Positions 51,173 to 61,433 of a stretch of DNA of 64,000 bases are shown here, piece by piece (the first letter of the stretch is position 1; every line of letters begins with the position of its first letter). The notes below the pieces were generated by a model that was given only the letters and a program-made list of their open reading frames with translations, had not been told where the DNA came from and made no database searches. The translations under genes were made by a program, and so were the position numbers. The DNA lies in the NCBI GenBank assembly GCA_018394315.1, contig CP074575.1:2078615-2142614 (forward strand). The letters run 5' to 3'. This DNA comes from Mycoplasmatota bacterium (lineage in GTDB: Bacteria; Bacillota_I; Bacilli_A; MAG-NZ).

Positions 51173-51982
51173 TCATTTCTTACTTTCCTTATACATTTTA
51201 ATAATGCAGTAAAATATATAACAAACAACTAATAATGTAAGTACCAAAGCAATCATTGAAGCTAGTCCTTCACTTAACCAGCCTAACAATTCTACTGAAA
51301 TAGATAATGCTAGTATAATAAACATTAAAGATAATGATTTTACTATCATTCGTTTAAATTTGTTGATATCTAAGTTGAGTTTCTTGAAATATTCTTCTTT
51401 TTTGTAGTAATTAAACATCTTGAAAATAAAGAAAAATATAAGAATGATTATTACTGGAATAATTACCAATGATGCATATCCTGCATCAAATACACCTAAA
51501 TATTCAACATACATACTTCCTATAACAATTAAAAATATTGAAATAATCAAGGCAAATATATATCTCTGATAAGTTGGTGGATGCGATGAAGTTCTTTTAA
51601 TAAATCTTTCTTTAACCGGTCCATACAATACGTAAATAAAAGCAAAAATAAGTATGTACATTCCGCCAACACCTAAAAGCACTCCAGTGACTATCTCGTT
51701 TTCAAGTGACTCTTCAGTCTTTAATAAATAAACAGTAAAGATATATAGATACCCTGTTAAGAGTAAACCAAATAAAGCTGTAGTTAACCCTACATACTTT
51801 TTATATCCTTTGTGGTTTATCTCATCTCCTTCTTGTGCAAATAAGTGAGGTAAATTAATCCCTGGTTTCCAACCTCCCCTACTATAGTCATACATAAAAT
51901 CTGTTTTCCACACCACAATACCCATTGTTAAAAGTATCAAAAATACCGGAGCAATACAAATAACTAACATAAAGTCTTCCAT
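51173..51982 (-). CDS. Hypothetical polytopic membrane protein
   Basis: About 7 TM helices; AAGGAG RBS. Confidence 0.7.
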   Translation of the reverse strand: MEDFMLVICIAPVFLILLTMGIVVWKTDFMYDYSRGGWKPGINLPHLFAQEGDEINHKGYKKYVGLTTALFGLLLTGYLYIFTVYLLKTEESLENEIVTGVLLGVGGMYILIFAFIYVLYGPVKERFIKRTSSHPPTYQRYIFALIISIFLIVIGSMYVEYLGVFDAGYASLVIIPVIIILIFFFIFKMFNYYKKEEYFKKLNLDINKFKRMIVKSLSLMFIILALSISVELLGWLSEGLASMIALVLTLLVVCYIFYCIIKMYKESKK

Positions 51983-52151
51983 TCTTCTTCTCCTTCAAAA
52001 TATTTTGTTCTTTTAAAATTCTTATTTTATTGTAGCATACTGTTTTCATCACAAGCAACTTCAACATATTTCATAATGGCATAAGTTTTTGCTCAATGTA
52101 ATAGTAAAGAACCCCATAAATGGGGTTACAGGGGAAGATTAATTTACAAAA

Positions 52152-53753
52152 CTAATCATTACTATATAAAGACTTTGCGATTTCAACAAGGTCCACAAAT
52201 TGTGATCTATATTCACCTGAATCTTCACCTAGATTGGCTGATGCCCTTTCAGTTACAGAATCAAATGATGAATGACCCCTATGCACTGAGTCTCTAAGTA
52301 ACATCGAGAACTCAATAACACTTGATGCAAATAAATAATCTTGACTTGGAGTATCTGTTATTTCATCAAAGATCATAGAGTATGTTAACTCTTCGCTAGA
52401 ATGAGCTGTTGGGTCCTTATACCTAATATCTAATGTAAATAAATCATTTTCATTTTGCTCTGTAATGATATGATATTTCAAGTCATTAACATCTATGTCC
52501 TCAGAAGTCTCGACTTCACTCATTGTTTCATCTGATGATGCAGTAATCAATTCATAAAAGGCTGTTACTTGATGACCATATCCAATATCACCTGCATCTA
52601 CAAAATCATTATCAAAATCATCATAAGATAATAGTCTATTTTCATATCCAATTAATCGATATCCCTTTATCATGTTTGGGTTAAACTCTAACTGTAACTT
52701 AACGTCTTCTGCTACAGTTATTAAAGTAGATCCCATTTCCTCTACTAATACTTTCTTAGCTTCAAGTAGTGAATCGATATATGAATAGTTTCCATTTCCT
52801 TTATCAGCTAATGTTTCCATAACATCATCTCGAGTATTACCAGTTCCGAATCCCAAAACGCTTAAGTAAACACCTGTAGTGCGTTTTTCCGCAATCATGT
52901 CTTCTAATTCACTAACAGATTTTGGTCCGACATTAAAGTCACCATCAGTAGCTAAAATAACTCTGTTATTCCCATCCTCTATAAAGAGTTTTTCAGCAGT
53001 CAAATAAGCTAATTCTATTCCAGCTCCTCCAGCAGTTGATCCTCCTGCTTGTAAATTATCTATTGCATTAATAATTTCTTCCTTATCATTACCTGATGCA
53101 CCATCTAAAACTAACCCCGCTGCACCTGCATAAACAACAATAGATATTCTGTCTTCTTCTCTTAGTTCATCGATTAGCATTTTAAGTGATTTTTTTACAA
53201 GTGGAAGTTTAAGTTCATTATTCATTGAACCAGAAACATCTAATAAAAATACTAAATTATTCGCTGGAGACTGACTAAAATCAATTGACTTAGTCTTTAG
53301 TCCAACCATTAAACAAAGATGCTCATTTAACCAAGGGCATTCACTTACTTCAGTAGAAATGGAAATAGGTGAATCTTCAGTCGGATCATCGTAATCATAT
53401 CTAAAATAATTAACTAACTCTTCAGTACGTATTGCATCAACTGGCGGTAATTTACCATCCATCAAATAACGTCTCATATTACTATAAGAAGCGGTATCAA
53501 CATCTACAGAAAAAGTTGAAACAGACATCGACTTTGTAGCCATAAATGGTGACTCACTTATTTCTGAATACTTTTCATTACTTACTACTGAATCAGAAGT
53601 TGTTGGACTTGGGACTTCAACATAAATAGTTTCACCAGCGACTTCGACTTCTTTAATGACTTCGACTTCTTTCATGACTTCCACTTCTTTAGAACAAGCT
53701 CCTATAGACAAGGATAACCCTAATAGTAGAACTAAAGTTAATACTTTCTTCAT
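52152..53753 (-). CDS. YfbK-like VWA-domain lipoprotein
   Basis: Lipobox IGAC; STFSVDVDTASY; MIDAS DVSGSM; ATDGDFNVG; YRLIGYENR. Confidence 0.9.
   Translation of the reverse strand: MKKVLTLVLLLGLSLSIGACSKEVEVMKEVEVIKEVEVAGETIYVEVPSPTTSDSVVSNEKYSEISESPFMATKSMSVSTFSVDVDTASYSNMRRYLMDGKLPPVDAIRTEELVNYFRYDYDDPTEDSPISISTEVSECPWLNEHLCLMVGLKTKSIDFSQSPANNLVFLLDVSGSMNNELKLPLVKKSLKMLIDELREEDRISIVVYAGAAGLVLDGASGNDKEEIINAIDNLQAGGSTAGGAGIELAYLTAEKLFIEDGNNRVILATDGDFNVGPKSVSELEDMIAEKRTTGVYLSVLGFGTGNTRDDVMETLADKGNGNYSYIDSLLEAKKVLVEEMGSTLITVAEDVKLQLEFNPNMIKGYRLIGYENRLLSYDDFDNDFVDAGDIGYGHQVTAFYELITASSDETMSEVETSEDIDVNDLKYHIITEQNENDLFTLDIRYKDPTAHSSEELTYSMIFDEITDTPSQDYLFASSVIEFSMLLRDSVHRGHSSFDSVTERASANLGEDSGEYRSQFVDLVEIAKSLYSND
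53640..53690. repeat. 18-bp tandem repeat x3 encoding KEVEV(M/I/A)
   Basis: GACTTCGACTTCTTTAAT / GACTTCGACTTCTTTCAT / GACTTCCACTTCTTT. Confidence 0.85.
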
Positions 53754-54019
53754 TTTGTTTCCTCCTTTTAAATTTGTATAAGAACCTTGATAATTTATTA
53801 TATTACATTAAATATGCAGTTTATAGAATTCTTTGTATGTTGCATAAATTAGTAGGTAAGTTACAAGTATAGAGTGCGATTTTGTTGAATATAATAAACG
53901 GAATTCAAAAATTTTAGTATAGTATTCTTGATCAACCATACTGGTGAAATTTTGTATAACTAATCTTAAAAAATGAAAAAGAACACCTTATTGGATGTTC
54001 TACAAAAATTTAGTATTAA

Positions 54020-54850
54020 CTAATTCTCAAGATACAAAGTATAAGTTTCACCGTTGCTATAACAATAAACTTCAATCTTATTAGTATTACTAGATAAAAA
54101 TTCATATGCTTTAAAAATGTTAGAGTTATTATCTATTTCTTCATATGTCAACGTAGCAAATTCGTACTGAGAAGTAAAATCACCATCAAAATCATAATAA
54201 TAACTTACACCATTTTCTTTTTCATTTGGTAGGTTAGTTCTCGTAATAAAACCATCGCTTTCGTAATCAAACTCATAGGTGAATTCATAATTATCATTAC
54301 TCCATGTACCTAATAACCTTATGCTTTGTAGGTCTTCCAGATTAGTACAATAATCTTTTCTTAAGTTCCACCCATAATAATAATTATTACTATGATAAAT
54401 TTTATAATATGCTTCCCTAGCATCACTTACATCTAATCTAACATTGAAATCACATAATTTATTCATATCTCTTTTCAGGTCGTGATACTCACTTGCGATG
54501 TAAGAAACATCTTTATAATCAGATGTGAGTGTATTAATGTTTTTCTCAATTATATCATCCTCATCACTCCACCCACTATAGCCATCTACTGCTTCAATAA
54601 GGTCTTTATACATTAATTTGTTCATAAATGTTTTAGTAGAAACAAGTATAGTAAACAATAAGACTGCTAAGATAATAACTAATAAAATTGAATTATTCAA
54701 AATAAATTTAGAAAACCCACCTTGCTCACTTACACTAAATTCCTCTTTTTTACTCTGTTTAGATACAATCGCCCTAACAGAGTATACTACTACACTTGAA
54801 AATAACAGTAAACCAAAAATGTAACCTAGAATACCTGCCAAATCATACAT
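54020..54850 (-). CDS. Hypothetical membrane-anchored protein
   Basis: Two N-terminal TMs and a Tyr/Asp-rich soluble domain; GGAGG RBS. Confidence 0.7.
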   Translation of the reverse strand: MYDLAGILGYIFGLLLFSSVVVYSVRAIVSKQSKKEEFSVSEQGGFSKFILNNSILLVIILAVLLFTILVSTKTFMNKLMYKDLIEAVDGYSGWSDEDDIIEKNINTLTSDYKDVSYIASEYHDLKRDMNKLCDFNVRLDVSDAREAYYKIYHSNNYYYGWNLRKDYCTNLEDLQSIRLLGTWSNDNYEFTYEFDYESDGFITRTNLPNEKENGVSYYYDFDGDFTSQYEFATLTYEEIDNNSNIFKAYEFLSSNTNKIEVYCYSNGETYTLYLEN

Positions 54851-55022
54851 AATCATCATCCTCCAATTTTTTCTCAAAATAGTATTTCGGCAAATTTCTA
54901 CAATTAATTAAAATCTACACTAGTTGGGATCAATCGCTCAAAAAAAATAGAAATTAATCTATCTTTTTTTCCTCTTTATATATTAGTTTGTTACCAACTA
55001 CAAAAACTTTCTTTATAACTAT

Positions 55023-55520
55023 CTAAACTCTATAAATATATCTTAATTCTCTTATAGGAGTAACTAAAATCTCGTCTTTCGATTTACCTTCAAAAACGAA
55101 TCCAAATTTCTCATAGAAAGATATGGCGTTATTATTAGAATCCAGTACCCATAGAACTATTTTTTTGAATCCTTGCTCCTTCAATTTAGTTACAGCGTTC
55201 GTTAATAATTCTCTTCCATATCCAAGACCATGATATTTTTTCAAAATATACATTCCAGGTATCTCTCCATAGTCCTCATTCAAATCTTCATCTCTTGCTT
55301 TCATAAAGCCTATAAAACCTACTATATTATCGTCAATAACCAATACTAAGTGATTTTTGCATTTAATCCTTTGAAACATTCTTACACTTTTTCTAACACT
55401 GAGCTCTTTAAGATAGTTATTATTAATCTTCCCAGTATAAGTCTCTATCCAAGCATTATAGTGTACATGTCCCATTTGTTCTGAATCTTGTGATGTAGCT
55501 TTACGAATTATAAAGCTCAT
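55023..55520 (-). CDS. GNAT acetyltransferase
   Basis: W.ETY.G, GLGYGRELL, LWVL..N..AISFYEKFGF. Confidence 0.88.
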   Translation of the reverse strand: MSFIIRKATSQDSEQMGHVHYNAWIETYTGKINNNYLKELSVRKSVRMFQRIKCKNHLVLVIDDNIVGFIGFMKARDEDLNEDYGEIPGMYILKKYHGLGYGRELLTNAVTKLKEQGFKKIVLWVLDSNNNAISFYEKFGFVFEGKSKDEILVTPIRELRYIYRV

Positions 55521-55810
55521 ATTTCTTTACCGTAATTTCGCCCATTTTTCATTTTGCTTATTAGGAAAGAGAATATGTTAAGAAGTGAATATACTAAGTA
55601 TACATCTAGAATTAGGGCAAATACATTTATTTGCGTTCTCATTAAAAGTATTTCATTACTCTGGATTGGCGGTAAATTATACATGGTAAAGAATGAAATA
55701 GGGTATCCAAAGTAAAATCTGAACCCATCACTATATGAATACGGCACTACGAAAACTGTCGATAGAACTATCAAAATCGCAAACAATAACAATAATTTCT
55801 TTAAATTCAT
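55517..55810 (-). CDS. Small membrane protein
   Basis: Two TMs around YFGYP; overlaps the GNAT start. Confidence 0.65.
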   Translation of the reverse strand: MNLKKLLLLFAILIVLSTVFVVPYSYSDGFRFYFGYPISFFTMYNLPPIQSNEILLMRTQINVFALILDVYLVYSLLNIFSFLISKMKNGRNYGKEI

Positions 55811-56030
55811 ACTATTTACCTCTCATTAAATAATTACATTTTTTCATCTTAAAGTGAATTATAAGTTAGTTAAGTAAGTATAGCATACAATGGTATTCGG
55901 AGAAATAGAAAAATATCACCTAAGAAATAACATATTTAAATTTGATAGGAAAATGTTGAGAATCAAGTCTAGTTAACTAAACTTGATTCCCCAGAAAATT
56001 TTCTTCATTATCTACTCAAGTAAATTATTA

Positions 56031-56321
56031 CTAGTGGTGATGATGATGCTTATGCTTATAGTCTAAGATTTCCTCTAGTTTATACTGCAGTAACATTTGC
56101 ATCTTACTAACATTTTTTAGTGTTTCACTTACTGACTCATTAACTTTAATTAGATCGTCTATACTTGTTGCAATAGCTACTCCTTTTTGAATTTTTTCAC
56201 CTTCCGCGTTTAGGATATGAGCTAATCCTACTTCCTCTAAAGCTATTGACTCAATTACATCTGCGATTGCCTGCGGTTTATCAATTGGAAACTCGGGCTT
56301 GTTTATTACTGGTTTTGACAT
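56031..56321 (-). CDS. Spore-former-type helical protein with C-terminal His tract
   Basis: ESIALEEVGLAHILNAEGEKIQ motif; ends HKHHHHH. Start at ATG 56321 after AGGAGG. Confidence 0.75.
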   Translation of the reverse strand: MSKPVINKPEFPIDKPQAIADVIESIALEEVGLAHILNAEGEKIQKGVAIATSIDDLIKVNESVSETLKNVSKMQMLLQYKLEEILDYKHKHHHHH

Positions 56322-56608
56322 ACTTATTACCTCCTTCATAATTTATTAGTTAATTTTTATACGCGCGCTTAACCACTTTTAATATATGAAGTAATTACTA
56401 TCTTGACAAGTATGATATCCCAATTATGATGATTTCTTATGAAATAAGGACTAGTTAACGTAGCGAGTGAAATATTTGCATTACTCATGAATAATGGTAT
56501 TCTATGAATATAACAATTTTGATTGTAACACACAGAATTTTACGTAAATCATTGATAATTAATGAAATCCAATTGATAGAAAAATCATTAACATAAGTGA
56601 GGAGAAAG

Positions 56609-57109
56609 ATGGAAGAGAGTATTTTAACTGATAGACTTGAAATTATTCCTTGTGATATGAAAATGATTTTAGAGATTCTGAATTGTAAATATGATAATAT
56701 AATTTTCTCTAGAAGCATTAGTAGTGAACAACTTAACAAGCTGAGAACAATAGCTAATATCTTCAAAGAAAAACTTAGTGATGACAAAGGTTCGTATCGT
56801 TGGTTTGCTTGGATTGTGGCAGAAAAGGAAACCGGACACATTGTGGGAGATGTAGGTTTCAAGGGTGCACCTAACGAACTGGGTGATGTCGAAATCGGAT
56901 TCGGGATAGATTCAGCATTCAGGAGAAGAGGATACGCTACCGAAGCAGCCTTAGCACTCATGAAATGGGCTTTTCATACTGGAATTGTAGAGCGTATCTT
57001 TGCTATCTGTAGAATTGATAATTTACCATCAATAAAAGTACTTGAAAATATTGGGATGATTCAAAATAGAATTCATGATTCATATGTACATTGGTCCAAA
57101 ATTATTTAA
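56609..57109 (+). CDS. GNAT acetyltransferase (RimJ/RimL type)
   Basis: VGDVGFKG.P, VEIGFGI...RRGYATEA, N.PSIKVLE..G. Confidence 0.88.
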   Translation: MEESILTDRLEIIPCDMKMILEILNCKYDNIIFSRSISSEQLNKLRTIANIFKEKLSDDKGSYRWFAWIVAEKETGHIVGDVGFKGAPNELGDVEIGFGIDSAFRRRGYATEAALALMKWAFHTGIVERIFAICRIDNLPSIKVLENIGMIQNRIHDSYVHWSKII

Positions 57110-57174
57110 TCTATATTCACATTAAATAAAGCTTAAAGATACGTACGTAAAAAAAAATAATATTTCTACCAATA

Positions 57175-57225
57175 ATTATTGACAATCGATAATTTAATGA
57201 TATAATATTATCGAAATACAATAAT
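57175..57225 (+). promoter_or_regulatory. Sigma-A promoter overlapped by two palindromic operators
   Basis: TTGACA (57179) N16 TATAAT (57201) with extended TG; ATTATTG-N5-CGATAAT (57175-93) and ATTATCG-N5-CAATAAT (57207-25). Confidence 0.7.
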
Positions 57226-57240
57226 TATGGAGGTTTTTTT

Positions 57241-57843
57241 ATGAAAGAGTCATTAATAGCAATGATCAGTTATCTATTAATCATGATGTCAATTACTATA
57301 CTTATTTATAAATCAATAAAATCGGAAAAGTACTCAATGAGAGGAGTATCCAAAGTTGTAAAGTTAATTGTTGTGGCATTAAAGTGGTTTAATATTATTT
57401 TTGGAGTAATATTTGTTTTCCTAGCCATTCCAGCTATTGCAATTATATTTATAAGTTCTAGTTCTTTTATTTTAGAAGGTATAACCTGGACTATACGAGG
57501 TAATGATATTGATTTTATTCTAGTACCTATTCTCGTATTAGTAATACCTTATGCACTGTATCTTACTTATAGGATACTTCTAAAATCAGAAATCATATTC
57601 GAAAATTTAGCTAATGGTATAGTTTTCTGTGACGAAATTTACAATGCACTTAAGTCAATTTCTCTCTTTATTACACTTCTGCTTCCTTTATCTATGGTGG
57701 AATTATCGAATCTTGAAACAATGCAGCACACATCTATAAATATAACAATATTTCCTATATTCTATATCTTCCTAGCATATATAATTCAACTGGTTTATAA
57801 AGAAGCATTAAAGTTATATAACGAAAATAGGTTAACGATATAA
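57241..57843 (+). CDS. DUF2975 (YoaS-like) membrane protein
   Basis: Multi-TM with C-terminal EA.KL..EN.LTI motif; coupled to an HTH gene. Confidence 0.82.
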   Translation: MKESLIAMISYLLIMMSITILIYKSIKSEKYSMRGVSKVVKLIVVALKWFNIIFGVIFVFLAIPAIAIIFISSSSFILEGITWTIRGNDIDFILVPILVLVIPYALYLTYRILLKSEIIFENLANGIVFCDEIYNALKSISLFITLLLPLSMVELSNLETMQHTSINITIFPIFYIFLAYIIQLVYKEALKLYNENRLTI

Positions 57844-58052
57844 TGGCAATTAAAATTAATCTATCAAATACACTTAAAAAACGTGGCATTACTTCTAAGG
57901 AATTAGCAAAACTCATAGGCATCACAGAGGCTAATTTATCTATACTTAGAAGCGGGAAAGCAAAGGCAATCAGATTTGAAACTTTGAATGCAATTTGTAT
58001 AGCGTTAAATTGTACCATTACAGATGTGATAGAGTTTGAAAATGAAGAATAG
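57843..58052 (+). CDS. Cro/C1-type HTH regulator (YozG-like)
   Basis: GITEANLSILRSGKAKAIRFETL.AIC.AL.C. Confidence 0.9.
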   Translation: MAIKINLSNTLKKRGITSKELAKLIGITEANLSILRSGKAKAIRFETLNAICIALNCTITDVIEFENEE

Positions 58053-58187
58053 AAAAAGAGTAGAATGTTAACTTCTACTCTTTCCTATATTTCACACTAG
58101 AATTTACAGAACTTTATAAAATCCAAGTGATAAATACAATCTAATATATTATATAAATAAAATCATATATATTAGTGGTGATAAGTA

Positions 58188-59174
58188 ATGGAATTGAAAA
58201 GACTATTAGAATCAAACTTAACTAAATTGATAGTTCCTCAACAAGAAATACTAGTTGTTAAGGAAAAAGATTCAATCCCTAGCATTGATAATCCAAAATT
58301 TGTCAATGTTAATGAAGCCAAATTATGGCTTGAAGACACAGAGCCAGTGATTACTTTAAATAATAAAGCATATCCTATTCAAATTATGATGTGGCATGAA
58401 GTTGTCAATGATGGTCATGATGTAGTTAGTTATTGTCCACTATGTAGCAGTTCATTCATTTTTGACAATCAAGATTTAGAATTTGGAGTTTCCGGACTTT
58501 TACGTAACTCAAACTTGATTATGTATGATCGTGATACAAAATCCTTATGGCAACAGTTTTCTGGTTTTTCTATAGGGGGAGAAAAAGCATCGAACAGATT
58601 AATGTTTAAGCCCGCATCTGTGGTGTCATTTAAAGATTTTTATGAAACCTATCCAAATGGCTTAGTGCTTTCAAGAAATACCGGATATGAAAGAAACTAC
58701 GGTGCAACACCTTACGTTAAGTATGATGACATCTCTAATACCCCAAGTCTATTTATTGGTACACTAGACAATAGACTACCTCCAATGACCATAATACTAG
58801 GGGTTGGTAACAAAGCCTATACTTACAATCTACTTAGAAATAAAAGAGTCTCATATGATAAAATAAATAATACTGACTATGTAATATTCTATAAGTTAGG
58901 AACAAATTCAGCATTAGATACACCTTTCATTAAAAATGGAAAAGACGTTGGTGCCACTGGAGTCTTTATCCCAAAGATAAATAATCAAGTATTAACTTTT
59001 AGACATCAAAATGGATACTTTATAGACTCAGAAACCAATAGTACATGGACAGTTTTAGGAAAAGCAATTGATGGGAAACTCAAAGGAAGTCAGCTAACTC
59101 CAGTAATCCACGCAGATGTATTTTGGTTCCCATGGGCAGCATTCTATCCTAATACCGAGTTGATAACTAACTAA
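58188..59174 (+). CDS. DUF3179-family protein
   Basis: IPSIDNP.F, AYP...WHEVVND, YCPLC, FGVSGLLRNSNLIMYDR.T.SLW.Q, FWF.W.AFYP. Confidence 0.85.
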   Translation: MELKRLLESNLTKLIVPQQEILVVKEKDSIPSIDNPKFVNVNEAKLWLEDTEPVITLNNKAYPIQIMMWHEVVNDGHDVVSYCPLCSSSFIFDNQDLEFGVSGLLRNSNLIMYDRDTKSLWQQFSGFSIGGEKASNRLMFKPASVVSFKDFYETYPNGLVLSRNTGYERNYGATPYVKYDDISNTPSLFIGTLDNRLPPMTIILGVGNKAYTYNLLRNKRVSYDKINNTDYVIFYKLGTNSALDTPFIKNGKDVGATGVFIPKINNQVLTFRHQNGYFIDSETNSTWTVLGKAIDGKLKGSQLTPVIHADVFWFPWAAFYPNTELITN

Positions 59175-59402
59175 TTAAAGAATAACCACTATTAAAAGAA
59201 TCCAGAACCATTAAATGGCTCTGTTATAATTTTATATAACTGGACAAGAACTGTTTTTTCACTATTGAGATAACCTTATTAAAATGTTTTAGAATAATTA
59301 CGACTTGCCCTAGATTGGAATGATATTTAGAATTCATATTTGTCGATTTTCACAACTTATCGTATAATTAGGATATCTAAGAATCAAAATGAGAGGATGT
59401 CT

Positions 59403-60161
59403 ATGGAAATTATTATTTACATAATCGGAGGATTACTAGCTGGAATTGCGACAGGTCTTGTGGGATTAAGTGCTGCAACAATAATTGCTCCTTTATTCGC
59501 GACTATTCTTGGTGTTCCAGTATACGCAGCAATAGGGATTGCTTTAGCAAGTGATGTTTTAGCGAGTGCTATTAGTGCAGGTAATTATATAAGAAACAAA
59601 AACATTGATATTAAGAGCTCTTTATTACTAGCTATTTGTGTAATCTTCTTCACCGTCCTGGGTAGTTATTTATCAAAAGATATGAATCCCTATAATCTTA
59701 ATGGAATTATAAATATATTTGTATTAATACTTGGATTAAGATTCATAATTTATCCCGTTAAAAATAGAGCTCAGAGTAAAGTAATGAAACCTGGCAAGTT
59801 ACTAATAGTTCAAACAATCATTTGGGGAGCAATCATCGGGATGATTAACGGATACTTTGGTGCAGGTGGTGGACTCTCAATTTTAGCAGTGTTAACAATA
59901 CTCCTTGGCTATGATCTCAAAAGAGCAATTGGAACAAGTGTTTTTATTATGACATTTACAGCATTGGTAGGAGCATCTACTCATATTATAATTGGTGGGA
60001 CTAATTTGTTGCCTCTAATAATAACATGCATTTCCGCATTCATTGGAGCAAATTTATCTAGTATTTATGCTAATAAAATTGACGAAGTCACATTAAACAA
60101 GGTTATTGGATCTTTCTTAGTTGTTTATGGTATTTTATTAATTATGGTTTATTACACATAA
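59403..60161 (+). CDS. TauE/SafE-family sulfite exporter-like membrane protein
   Basis: AG..TG.VGL and GYFGAGGG...AIGTS repeats. Confidence 0.88.
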   Translation: MEIIIYIIGGLLAGIATGLVGLSAATIIAPLFATILGVPVYAAIGIALASDVLASAISAGNYIRNKNIDIKSSLLLAICVIFFTVLGSYLSKDMNPYNLNGIINIFVLILGLRFIIYPVKNRAQSKVMKPGKLLIVQTIIWGAIIGMINGYFGAGGGLSILAVLTILLGYDLKRAIGTSVFIMTFTALVGASTHIIIGGTNLLPLIITCISAFIGANLSSIYANKIDEVTLNKVIGSFLVVYGILLIMVYYT

Positions 60162-60245
60162 AGATACTCAAAAAAAGAAAACATCTTCAAAAAATCTGGA
60201 AGATGTTACTTTTTTTTAAATACTATCAGCATCCTATTTATATAG

Positions 60246-61433
60246 TTATAGCATAAATAATAATCCAAGTAACATTCCTAAGAATGTCCCCACTGCATAC
60301 CCAATAGAGCCAATAATTAATCCAGGTGCAGTTAAACTATCATTCTTAATTTGTTTTGTTATTGCTGGTACAAAAGCTGGACCATATACACCTGCAGTTA
60401 AAGTAACCATTGTACAATCAGCATCTATTTTCATGAACCCACTTATCACAGAATGAACAAGAAAAACACCTAATGTAATCATTCCGTACAGTAATATGAT
60501 ATCACTGAATAAACCTTGAAGTCTCGTAAAATCTAAACTAGATGCAAGGGCAAAACTAAAAACTAAAATAAAATATTGTCCTACAACATTCATTCCTTTT
60601 GTCTCTCTAATTTTTTTACTAAATGAACCAGCTATCCCTAGTACAGTAACGGTAATCATTAAAGAAGGTACAAGTAGATCAATCATTTTTCCTTCAACAC
60701 TACCTAATAGTATCCAAACTACTACTCCTATAATAGCACCGGTTACCGCCATCCCTAATGCTAACAAAACCATCAAAAGTAATTTATAACTAATAGAAAA
60801 CTTCCTAACATCTAACTCATCTACGTTTTTAATATTTATTTCCCTTTTAGCATAAACATTATCACTCTTTGATTTTAAAAATTTTACTAGCAATGGTTTA
60901 CATCCTAACAACAAAAATAAATAAAATACTGCGCCTATTACCATATCAGATAAGTTGGCAACACCGATTACAGTTCCCTCTAATCCAAATATATTACCAA
61001 TAGCATTTAAATTAGGTGTTCCTCCGGTATATAATCCAATTGCCATTCCAGAAAGCTCTGCTCCGTGACTTATCGTTCTACCATAAACATAAAATGCTAC
61101 GGTGCTTACAACGATAGCCGAAATTAATAAAGAAAAGAAAGATTTTAAAACAGTTGTAGATAATTTCTTTGTTTCCATTAAGTTAGCGCTAAATAGTAAT
61201 AATGGAATCGCGATAGCAATAGCAGCATGACTTCCAATCTCACCAACATCAGTATTCAAGGAGAATTCAACACCAAATTTATTAATAACAAATATAATTA
61301 ATGCGACAATAATACCCAGAAAATATGCAGTTCCAATTGTTCCTATCCACCTTGTTATAATAAAGTTTGAATATCTAATTATAAGAAACGGTATTAAAAA
61401 CACAAGTGTCACTTGAAGTAATATAACAATCAT
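60246..61433 (-). CDS. DUF819-family membrane protein
   Basis: AIPLLLF, YTGGTPNL, GP..VPA, G.IGYAVGTFLG. Confidence 0.85.
   Translation of the reverse strand: MIVILLQVTLVFLIPFLIIRYSNFIITRWIGTIGTAYFLGIIVALIIFVINKFGVEFSLNTDVGEIGSHAAIAIAIPLLLFSANLMETKKLSTTVLKSFFSLLISAIVVSTVAFYVYGRTISHGAELSGMAIGLYTGGTPNLNAIGNIFGLEGTVIGVANLSDMVIGAVFYLFLLLGCKPLLVKFLKSKSDNVYAKREINIKNVDELDVRKFSISYKLLLMVLLALGMAVTGAIIGVVVWILLGSVEGKMIDLLVPSLMITVTVLGIAGSFSKKIRETKGMNVVGQYFILVFSFALASSLDFTRLQGLFSDIILLYGMITLGVFLVHSVISGFMKIDADCTMVTLTAGVYGPAFVPAITKQIKNDSLTAPGLIIGSIGYAVGTFLGMLLGLLFML

Noticed and set aside
53640..53690. 18-bp repeat as a phase-variation switch
   Set aside because: The unit is a multiple of 3 and imperfect, so changes would only alter linker length.
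56485..56961. 158-aa minus-strand ORF
   Set aside because: Antisense to a well-supported GNAT, with no motifs. The same applies to the other short antisense ORFs in the track (e.g. 776-1072, 19686-20027, 30944-31255, 42864-43238).
58188..59174. DUF3179 protein as a selenoprotein
   Set aside because: The motif is plain CPLC and there is no in-frame TGA.
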